Of a DNA stretch of 64,000 nt, positions 1 through 10,623 are shown one piece after another. The stretch is from Hyalangium minutum (GTDB taxonomy: Bacteria; Myxococcota; Myxococcia; Myxococcales; Myxococcaceae). A model generated the notes under the pieces. The model was not told the origin of the DNA, did not search any database, and worked only from the letters and a program-made list of their open reading frames with translations. The stretch lies in the NCBI RefSeq assembly GCF_000737315.1, contig NZ_JMCB01000001.1:496001-560000 (forward strand), written 5' to 3'. A program made the translations under genes and the position numbers. Position 1 is the first letter of the stretch; each line of letters begins with the position of its first letter.

Positions 1-183
1 GCGCGCTCCCTGCCAGCGCGAGAAGAGCGAACACCCACCGAGCAGACCGTCGCAGCACGTTTCCTCCCAGTTCCGAGATGGACCCGGTGATTACCACAGC
101 CGCGCTCCCGGGTCGGGCCCCAAGCTCCACCCAGGAGGTCCCCCCTTTCTCGGCCTCATGGGGATGCAGTACGTTCCCCGCCC

Positions 184-1158
184 ATGCGCCATTGGTGGTG
201 GTTGTGCCTCCTGCCTGCGCTGTGCTGGGCCGAGCCCTTGAAGCTCGCCGTCCCGGGTCTGTCCGTCGTCGACGTGGACTCCCAGCGCACCACCTTCCTG
301 GCCGAGCACCTCGCCCAGGAGCTCTCCGACGAGGGCGCGCAGGTGGTGAGCTCCCAGGACCTCGCGGTGATGCTGGGCCTGGACCGCCAGCGCCAGCTGA
401 TGGGCTGCTCCGGGGGCAAGTGCATCACCGAGCTGACCAGCACCTTGGGCGTGGATGCGCTGGTGACCGGAGAAGTGGCCCGCCTGTCAGGCGAGCGCTT
501 CCAGCTCAACCTGCGCATGCTCGACGCCACCACGGGCCAGCGCGTGAAGACGTACACGAAGCGCGTGGTCGGCTTCGAGAAGATCCTCGACGAGATGTCC
601 AAGGCGGCGCGGATCTTTGTCATCGCGGGCAACAAGAAGTTTGGCCGGAACTCGTCGCGCCAGAATCCCGTCACAAGCCCCCGTGTGGAGCCTCGCACGC
701 CCTCGCCCACCCAGGCGCCCGTGGCGGAAGCATCCCCTCTCGAGACATCTCCTGAACCACAGCCGGACGCCACCGAGCCCCCGCCCGCCCCCGCGCCCAC
801 GGCCACTGTGCCCCGCCAGCCGGTTCAGCCCACCAGCTCGGTGCGCCAGTGGGCCTGGTTGCCCATGGCCGCGGGCGGCGTCGCCCTGGGCACGGGGGTC
901 TTCTTCTTCCTCGGCGCCGATGCCAAATACAAGGAGCTGACGGACGGAGAGGATCGCTCCATTCAAGCCGCCCGTGCCATCAAGGACTCCGGAAAGAACC
1001 AGCAGAACCTGGCGCGGATCGGCCTCAGCGTGGGCGTCACGCTGCTCGTCACAGGCGGGGCCATGGCGCTGGTCGGCGGGCCGACCTCGCTGGAGCCACA
1101 GGTGTCGGTGGGGCAGAACCGGGTCTCTCTGGGCTTCGCGGGGGAACTGCCATGGTGA
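184..1158 (+). CDS. Exported hypothetical protein (signal peptide, alpha/beta N-terminal domain, Pro-rich linker, hydrophobic/Gly-rich C-terminus)
   Basis: 324-aa ORF with signal-like N-terminus MRHWWWLCLLPALCWA, a PEPQPDATEPPPAPAP linker and Gly-rich hydrophobic C-terminal segments; overlaps the next start (ATG 1152). Confidence 0.75.
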   Translation: MRHWWWLCLLPALCWAEPLKLAVPGLSVVDVDSQRTTFLAEHLAQELSDEGAQVVSSQDLAVMLGLDRQRQLMGCSGGKCITELTSTLGVDALVTGEVARLSGERFQLNLRMLDATTGQRVKTYTKRVVGFEKILDEMSKAARIFVIAGNKKFGRNSSRQNPVTSPRVEPRTPSPTQAPVAEASPLETSPEPQPDATEPPPAPAPTATVPRQPVQPTSSVRQWAWLPMAAGGVALGTGVFFFLGADAKYKELTDGEDRSIQAARAIKDSGKNQQNLARIGLSVGVTLLVTGGAMALVGGPTSLEPQVSVGQNRVSLGFAGELPW

Positions 1159-2645
1159 ATTCGAGACTCCTGAGGTGGGGAGGACTGCTCGCCTTCGTGG
1201 GCTGTCTTGTGGCGGTCACCAATTGTCATGACTTCGAGGAGGCCTTCGAGGCCTGCAAGGCCAACGGCGACTGCTTCCCCGATGAAGACAATGACGGCGT
1301 GGCCGATGCGTTCGACGGCTGCCCCAGCGACAAGAAAGCGCCCCTCGCGGGAGATCTGCGGGCGGGCAAGTGCGACCCGTCTTCCCAGCTGTGTCTGAGG
1401 CACGAGTGCCCCATCGAAGGGGATTACGAGTTCTCCGGGCTCTGGGGGAGCAGTGCCACGGACGTGATCCTGGCGGCACGCTCGCTGTCCTTGAGCCCGG
1501 CTTGGTTCGTCCGCTTCGGCGGCACCACCTTCACCTCGGAGGAGGTCGCGGACACGGGCTTCCAGCCGTGGCGGCTCCACGGCTCCAGCGCCACCAACCT
1601 GTGGGCCATCAATGAGTCCGCCGGCGCCTGCAGCGTCCGCAAGCTCGCCGTGGCACTCCCAGACGGGGGGCCAGACGATGGCGGCGTGGTCACAGCCCCG
1701 GATCCAGAGGATGGCGGCGTGGTCACAGCCCCAGATGTCGATGCAGGCACCGATGCAGGCACGGGTGGCTCCCCGGATTCGGGGACGGGTGGACCGGCAG
1801 ACTCGGGGACCGTGGTGACTCCAGATGCAGGCCCCATCGACAACACGGACGCGGGCCCCATCGACAACACGGACGCGGGCCCCATCGACAACACGGACGC
1901 GGGCGTGGACGGAGGAACGGGGAGCCCAGATGCTGGCACTGGCACGGTGAATTGCCCGTCGCCCGTCTACCGCTTCACGGACGGCACTTGGACGCAGGTC
2001 GCTTACGGAGACGGCACCTCCCAGCTCCAGCCTCCGGCGATCTTCGCGGCGGAGCCCTCAAAGGCTTGGGCGGCGGCAAAAACTGGTGATGTCGTGCGGT
2101 GGGACAATGGCTCCTGGAGCGCCGAGCCTCTGAACCTGGGCACAGGCGCCGCTCCCAAGGCCTTCTGGGGAGATGTGGCGGCACCTCGGTTCGCCGTGGG
2201 CGCGGACAGCCGCCAGAGCGCCGCCACCTGGCAGCGCACGAGCAACACCTGGAGCGGCCCTGCGACGCTCTCCTCGGGTCCCTTCATCGCCATCTCAGGA
2301 CCGAGCGAGGACCACCTCTACGCGGCCACGGCCTCCTCCGTGTTCAAGTGGAACCGGACCACCTCCCAGTGGGACCTCGACACCCCCGCCTCCGGACAGG
2401 CCACGATCCAGGACCTGTGGGTGAGCGGGGATGGAAGCGAGGTGTGGGTCGCCCTCAACAGCGCAACCGTCCTGCGAAAGCAGGGCCCGGACTGGCAGAT
2501 GCTCACCCTGCCCGTGGCGCCCACCTTCATGGCGTACCGCATCATCGGCTTCGATACCCCGGACAAGGACTTGTGGATCACCGGCACGCATGACTCTCAG
2601 GCCTTCAAGGGCACCATCGCGTACCACTTCTCGCGCCAGCCATAG
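1152..2645 (+). CDS. Putative lipoprotein with TSP3-like acidic motif, DAG-rich linker and beta-propeller-like Trp repeats
   Basis: ATG 1152 overlaps the upstream stop; hydrophobic signal ending VAVTNC; DEDNDGVADAFDGCP acidic motif; WGSSATDV-type Trp repeats; internal tandem repeats. Confidence 0.75.
   Translation: MVNSRLLRWGGLLAFVGCLVAVTNCHDFEEAFEACKANGDCFPDEDNDGVADAFDGCPSDKKAPLAGDLRAGKCDPSSQLCLRHECPIEGDYEFSGLWGSSATDVILAARSLSLSPAWFVRFGGTTFTSEEVADTGFQPWRLHGSSATNLWAINESAGACSVRKLAVALPDGGPDDGGVVTAPDPEDGGVVTAPDVDAGTDAGTGGSPDSGTGGPADSGTVVTPDAGPIDNTDAGPIDNTDAGPIDNTDAGVDGGTGSPDAGTGTVNCPSPVYRFTDGTWTQVAYGDGTSQLQPPAIFAAEPSKAWAAAKTGDVVRWDNGSWSAEPLNLGTGAAPKAFWGDVAAPRFAVGADSRQSAATWQRTSNTWSGPATLSSGPFIAISGPSEDHLYAATASSVFKWNRTTSQWDLDTPASGQATIQDLWVSGDGSEVWVALNSATVLRKQGPDWQMLTLPVAPTFMAYRIIGFDTPDKDLWITGTHDSQAFKGTIAYHFSRQP
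1823..1903 (+). repeat. 24-bp coding tandem repeat (DAGPIDNT x3)
   Basis: ga(t/c)gc(a/g)ggccccatcgacaacacg occurs three times, followed by gacgcgggc; a DGGVVTAP duplication lies just upstream (~1678-1735). Confidence 0.9.
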
Positions 2646-2750
2646 CCGCGCGAGAGCAGCCCCTCCGTCCCGGCATCTCCGGTAGCATGCGCTCCACCAC
2701 CGCGGCGGCTCACCCGCCTCGGCCACACCTATGCCTGGGGGACTGCGCTG

Positions 2751-4391
<1,641 letters not shown>

Positions 4392-4392
4392 A

Positions 4393-4779
4393 ATGGGCGC
4401 CATGCTCACCCTGAAAGACCGCGCGGGGCTCGACTCGGAGCGTCTGGCTGCGCTGAAGACCGAGCTGGACGGCCTGACGATCCTGCAGGACGTCATCCGG
4501 TGGGGCTTCGCGCAGACGCCCCCGAGCGACGTGGCGGACGTCGTCATCCAGGACGAGTTCACCCACGATGTGGTGCTCCCGTGGCGGGACGTCTTCCTGG
4601 TGTTCGACACCACCTGACTGGGTGGAGTGAACGCGGTCTCCGTGTGGGACCACAAGCCAACGGCGGATGAGCTGCTGGACGCCCGGCTCGCTTCGGGCTG
4701 GGCGCCCACCCCCACCTCCACGCAAGAGGGCGAACAGATCCTTGGGCACGCCGCCTGCCGCGTGCCTGCGGTTCGCTGA
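4393..4779 (+). CDS. Small hypothetical protein; candidate selenoprotein by readthrough of in-frame TGA 4615-4617 (128 aa with readthrough, 74 aa without)
   Basis: ATG 4393 (or 4402) directly after the ligase stop; ...VFDTT-TGA-LGGVNAVSVWDHKPTADELLDARL...CRVPAVR-TGA(4777-4779). The 4393-4617 portion is clearly gene-like; readthrough is inferred. Confidence 0.6.
4635..4651 (+). promoter_or_regulatory. Candidate bacterial SECIS hairpin
   Basis: GGTCTC-cgtgt-GGGACC (6-bp stem with one G-U pair); loop starts 24 nt after the TGA and has G at its second position. Confidence 0.45.
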
Positions 4780-4787
4780 GGCGCCGC

Positions 4788-6119
4788 TCAGTTGTTGAGC
4801 GCGCCCCCGAGGATCCACGAACGGATGCGCGTGATCAGCCCCGGGTTGTCCACGAAGTAGCTCGGGTTGTTCTGGGGCATCCGCGTGCCGCAGGTTCCCT
4901 CGATCTTCCTCACCAGGAGCGAGTTGGCCGGCTGGCCCACCCGGACTCGCTGGATGGCCGTGGTCCCGCTGCACCGGTTGGTGCCGCTCACCCCCACGAG
5001 GTTGCTGTAGGAGCTCCCCGCCAGCAGATTCATCCCGCCGCTGGGGGACGTGTTGTCGTGGCAGCTCGTCGTGCACTGGGCCCAGATGGGCTGAATGTCC
5101 GCGGTGTACTTGGGCACCGTGGTCTTCACGGAGACGGAGCGCGTCACGGAGGCCACCCCATCGGACACGGTGACCTGGATGCTGTAGGTGGTGTCCGCGG
5201 AGATATCCCCCGAGCGCCAGCTCGCCGCCGCGCTGCTCGCGTTCGTGAAGGTGCCCGAGCCCGACGGGTTGGTGCGCCACGAGTACGTCAGCGGGTCCCC
5301 ATCCGGATCCGTGGCTCCAATGGAGAGCGCCGCGGTGTCTCCGGCCAGCACCGTCCCGGGCGCGGTGATGGCCGCATCCACCACGGGCGGCCGGTTCGCG
5401 GACGCGACGTTCGCCACCTGCACGTCCACCGTGCTCTGCGTCGTCCCGCCCTTGCTGTCCGAGACCACCACCCGCAGCGTGAAGGGGGTGTTCGCCGAGA
5501 GCAGGGGCGCCTTCCACGCGGGCGTCGCCGTGTTCCCATTCGTGAACGTCCCGGCTGGAGCCGGCGGCGACACCTGGGACCACGTGTACGTGAGCGCGTC
5601 CCCCTTGGGATCGCTCGCCGTCACCGAGAGGTTCGTGCTCTGGCCCTCGTTGACCGTGACGGGGCTCGCCGTCACCGCGGAGATGACCGGCGGGAGATCC
5701 ATGCCGATCGAGAAGGCGATGGGCGCCGAAGAGCTGGTGTTGCCCGCCGCATCCTGGGCCACGGCGATGATCCGATAATCCCCCTCGGGCCGGGTGCTCG
5801 TGTCCCAGACACACGAGAACGTGGACCCCGAGCTCTTCTCGACCGTATCCGCGCATGCCAGCGTGGGCCCCACGAAGAACTGCACCCGGGCCACGCGCCC
5901 CGAGTCGTCCTCCGCCACGGCCTCCAGCGTGACCTGTCCAGAGAGGGACGCCCCCGCGGTGATGCCTCCTGTGAGCTCCACCCGGCTCGGCGCCACCTCA
6001 TCCACCGTCGGCAGCGGCTCTTCCTCCGAGCCACAGCTCAGCGCGCCCCACCCCACGAGCACCACGGCACAGGACGCGATCCGCCAGCTCCGATAGGACC
6101 CCCGGCGTAACTCCCGCAT
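4788..6119 (-). CDS. Lipoprotein with Ig-like/PKD-like domains and C-terminal cytochrome c-like (CxxxCH) module
   Basis: Lipobox GALSC after MRELRRGSYRSW; Ig-like repeats (ATDPDGDPLTYSW, ASDPKGDALTYTW); C-terminal QCTTSCH. Confidence 0.75.
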   Translation of the reverse strand: MRELRRGSYRSWRIASCAVVLVGWGALSCGSEEEPLPTVDEVAPSRVELTGGITAGASLSGQVTLEAVAEDDSGRVARVQFFVGPTLACADTVEKSSGSTFSCVWDTSTRPEGDYRIIAVAQDAAGNTSSSAPIAFSIGMDLPPVISAVTASPVTVNEGQSTNLSVTASDPKGDALTYTWSQVSPPAPAGTFTNGNTATPAWKAPLLSANTPFTLRVVVSDSKGGTTQSTVDVQVANVASANRPPVVDAAITAPGTVLAGDTAALSIGATDPDGDPLTYSWRTNPSGSGTFTNASSAAASWRSGDISADTTYSIQVTVSDGVASVTRSVSVKTTVPKYTADIQPIWAQCTTSCHDNTSPSGGMNLLAGSSYSNLVGVSGTNRCSGTTAIQRVRVGQPANSLLVRKIEGTCGTRMPQNNPSYFVDNPGLITRIRSWILGGALNN

Positions 6120-6300
6120 TGTGTTTCCTCCCTGAAAACTCGGGCGGGCTCTAACACACCCTGTTCGCCACCTCCTAAACGGGCCCAGGCCCCCTCCTAG
6201 ACGTGGCGCGTCAAACGGGGAGGCAGCCAGCGGAGCGGCTGATCTTTGGAGCAGCAAGAGGGGTCTTGCATTGGGGCGGGGTACGTAGTGGATAAGGCGC

Positions 6301-7728
<1,428 letters not shown>

Positions 7729-7743
7729 ATGTGAAGCGAAGGC

Positions 7744-7765
7744 GCCGCCCCGATCCTGGGGCGGC
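7744..7765. terminator. GC-rich hairpin between convergent genes
   Basis: gccgcccc-gatcct-ggggcggc perfect 8-bp stem between stops at 7728 and 7783; no U-tract. Confidence 0.5.
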
Positions 7766-7782
7766 CCCTGAAGGCCAGGGCC

Positions 7783-8349
7783 TCACTGCGTGGGAGGACC
7801 TGCCTGTGCCGGGGCCAGCTCGAGCCGCTGCTGACGCATCCGCTCCATGCGCTCCCGGTAGGAGTCGAGGAGCCCGTCCAGGCGATTGACCTCCGCCACA
7901 TCTCCCCGGGCGTGGGCCTCCTCGCGCTGCCGCTCCAGTTCCTTGGCGCCTCGCTCCGCCAGCTCGGCGGCACGCAGGCCCGCGGACAAGAGGCTGTTCT
8001 TGAGCTGGCCCCGCTGCTGGTCGGTCAGGTTCGTGAGCTGGGAGTACACGGGAACCGCCGGCGCCGTGGGTGACGGCTCCGTGGGCTTCGCCACGGGTGT
8101 GGGCGCTGAGGCCACGGGAATCGCCACGGGGCTGGGCGGAGGCGGCGCGACAGGCTGTGCCGGGCGGCTCAGCGGCACCTGAGGCAGCGTGGGCGGCGGT
8201 GACTCCACGGCCACCGGAGCCAGGGCCTCTGAAGCAGGTCCGCTCGGAATGGACACGGACGGCGCGGGCCACAGCCAGGTGCCCAGCACGGCTGCGAGGA
8301 GCAGCACAGCACCACCGATGGGCAGGAGGAGGTAGGCAGGAAGTCTCAT
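7783..8349 (-). CDS. Hypothetical membrane-anchored Pro-rich protein with C-terminal helical region
   Basis: N-terminal hydrophobic helix, Pro-rich linker, charged helical tail; start may be 8349 or 8385. Confidence 0.6.
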   Translation of the reverse strand: MRLPAYLLLPIGGAVLLLAAVLGTWLWPAPSVSIPSGPASEALAPVAVESPPPTLPQVPLSRPAQPVAPPPPSPVAIPVASAPTPVAKPTEPSPTAPAVPVYSQLTNLTDQQRGQLKNSLLSAGLRAAELAERGAKELERQREEAHARGDVAEVNRLDGLLDSYRERMERMRQQRLELAPAQAGPPTQ

Positions 8350-8440
8350 GGCGGAGGCGACCTGGAAGTCTACCCTCCTATTCAATGAAGTGGTTCACAT
8401 TGAACTGAGCAGGCGAGCAGGAGGCCCTTCGCGCCCTTAC

Positions 8441-10552
8441 CTAAGAGCCTTCTCGTTGGCCCCGCCTCGAAAGGGGCCGTAGCCGGGTCAGCGCCAGCAG
8501 CACGAGCAGCGCGCCCCATGCGGAGGTCCCTCCAGGAAGTGACTTGCAGGAGCAGCCGGAGTCTTCGCCCGGCTCGCTCCCCTCGGGCAGCTCCACCGTT
8601 ACCCCGAAGCGGCAGGTGCGGGTGTTGCCCGCAGCGTCCTTGATCGTGACCACCACCGGAGTGCTCTCTCCTGGCGTGAACAGAGTGCCAGGAGGCGGAT
8701 CGAACTCGATCGTCACCGGCGGCGAGACCGCTTCCACCGCCTGGACTTCGGGATACGGAACCTCGACAGGCTCCGGCCCCGTCGCCTCGATAAAGATGTT
8801 CCGGGGGCACGTCACCCTCGGCGGCACCGTGTCTCGCACCGTCACCTGGAAGGTGCAGCTACCCGTGTTGCCCACTTCATCCTGCGTGGACACCGTCACC
8901 GGCGTCACGCCCAGCGGGAAGATGCTCCCAGGTGCATGGCTGTACACCAGCTCGAGTTCCTCGGTGATGTCATCCACCGCCGTGGCCGCGAACGGCACCG
9001 CCACTCCTGTGCCCGCATCCGCTTCGAACGCAAAGTTGGGCGGACACGTCACCTCCGGAGGAGAACGATCGCAGAGATCCAGCGACCACAGCTCCTCCCC
9101 GTGCACCGGATCCCTCGCCGCGAAGTAGAGCTTCAGCCCCACCCGGGTGAACCCTCGCGGAATGGAGCTCTCGGCGCCCGGAGCGATGTCCATCACCTGG
9201 ACAGTACCTCCCGGCGTCCCGTCGCTCTTCCACAGCTCGATACCGTTCACTCCATCATTCCCGGCGAAGTAGAGCGTGTCGCCCACGCCCTTTCGCTCCA
9301 GGACGAACCCACCCTCGGGTGCAGGGCGGATGCGCTTGAGCATGAAGGTGCCCGCATCCGTTCCATCGCTCGTCCAGAGCTCGTCGGCGCCCCCGTCTTC
9401 TTCCCCTCGCTGGAAGAAGACCCGGTTGCCCGCCGTCACCAGCCCCACAGGGCCCGGGATGTTCGGCCCCGGATACAGCTCCTTCACCATCCTCGTCCCG
9501 CCTGACGTCCCATCGCTCGCCCACACCTCGCGGCCTCGCACCCCGTCGTCCGCCGTGAAGAAGAGCCGGTTGCCCGCCACCTGGAGCTCCGACGGCAGCG
9601 AGTCCGCCAGCCCATCCCAGATGTCCTTCACTTGGTGGGTGCCCCCTTCCGTCCCGTCACTCGTCCACAGCTCACGCCCTGATGGCTCGCCCTTGTCCGC
9701 GTTGAAGTAGAGCCTGCCGCCGAGGGTGACCAGCTCGGCGGGAATGGCGTCGAACTCGCCGATGTCCTTCACCAACACCGCGCCCCCATCCCTCCCCCCA
9801 TCCGTCGCCTCTGCCTTCCACAGCTCCTGCCCGTGGACGACGTCGTTGGCCGAGAAGAACACCGTGTTGCCCAGCGCCTTGAAGTTGCTCAACACGCTCC
9901 CGTTCGGGCCCACGTTGATGTCCCTCAGCAGCACCGGACCCGCGTCCGGCCCCGAAAGCCGCCACGGCTCCTGGCCGTGGACGCCGTCATTCGCCGCGAA
10001 GAACAACTGGCCCCCCGCGACCGTCAACTGGCTCGGTTCGGAGCCGGAACTCCCCGGCCACAAGTCACGCACCTGCACGGTGCCATTCTCGGTCCCATCG
10101 CTCCGCCACAGCTCCTCGCCACTGCCCGTGCGGGCGACGAAGTAGATCCCGCCGCCGGGCGCGGCCGTCAGCGAGCCCGTGAGCGGCGTGGCCATGGAGC
10201 CAGCTGGCCCCGGGACGATGTCCTTCACCCGCCGCGGGCCCGCGTCCGTCCCATCGCTCATCCACAGCTCGGGACCGGTGGAGTCCTCACTCGCGACGAA
10301 GTAGAGCTGCCGCTTGGACGCGACCAGGGAGCCCGGCGCCCAGAGCGTGCCCCCGTCCGGAAACGCATCCGAAGGTCCCGGGTTCAGATCCGCCACCAGC
10401 GTAGGCGGCGAGCACTGGTTGTCGAGCCTCACGCGCCGTGAGGAGAGGTCTGCGGAGGGCTCGCTCTCTTGCAGCGGCCCGCAGCCCACCGCCACGCCAT
10501 AGGCCACACCGAGAACGAGGAGGCCATAACGCCACAGCTTTGTCAGGGTCAT
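8441..10552 (-). CDS. ELWxxDGT-repeat protein with two HYR domains and MYXO-CTERM tail
   Basis: Five exact ELWxSDGT repeats plus degenerate copies; two PPxVTCP HYR-type domains; C-terminal SGCSC + hydrophobic helix + Arg cluster. Confidence 0.9.
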   Translation of the reverse strand: MTLTKLWRYGLLVLGVAYGVAVGCGPLQESEPSADLSSRRVRLDNQCSPPTLVADLNPGPSDAFPDGGTLWAPGSLVASKRQLYFVASEDSTGPELWMSDGTDAGPRRVKDIVPGPAGSMATPLTGSLTAAPGGGIYFVARTGSGEELWRSDGTENGTVQVRDLWPGSSGSEPSQLTVAGGQLFFAANDGVHGQEPWRLSGPDAGPVLLRDINVGPNGSVLSNFKALGNTVFFSANDVVHGQELWKAEATDGGRDGGAVLVKDIGEFDAIPAELVTLGGRLYFNADKGEPSGRELWTSDGTEGGTHQVKDIWDGLADSLPSELQVAGNRLFFTADDGVRGREVWASDGTSGGTRMVKELYPGPNIPGPVGLVTAGNRVFFQRGEEDGGADELWTSDGTDAGTFMLKRIRPAPEGGFVLERKGVGDTLYFAGNDGVNGIELWKSDGTPGGTVQVMDIAPGAESSIPRGFTRVGLKLYFAARDPVHGEELWSLDLCDRSPPEVTCPPNFAFEADAGTGVAVPFAATAVDDITEELELVYSHAPGSIFPLGVTPVTVSTQDEVGNTGSCTFQVTVRDTVPPRVTCPRNIFIEATGPEPVEVPYPEVQAVEAVSPPVTIEFDPPPGTLFTPGESTPVVVTIKDAAGNTRTCRFGVTVELPEGSEPGEDSGCSCKSLPGGTSAWGALLVLLALTRLRPLSRRGQREGS

Positions 10553-10623
10553 GAGGGAGAGCCTCGGAGCCGTGTCGATGCCAGCGAGACCCCGCCAGCA
10601 TAGCCGCGCCCAGACTCACTCCG

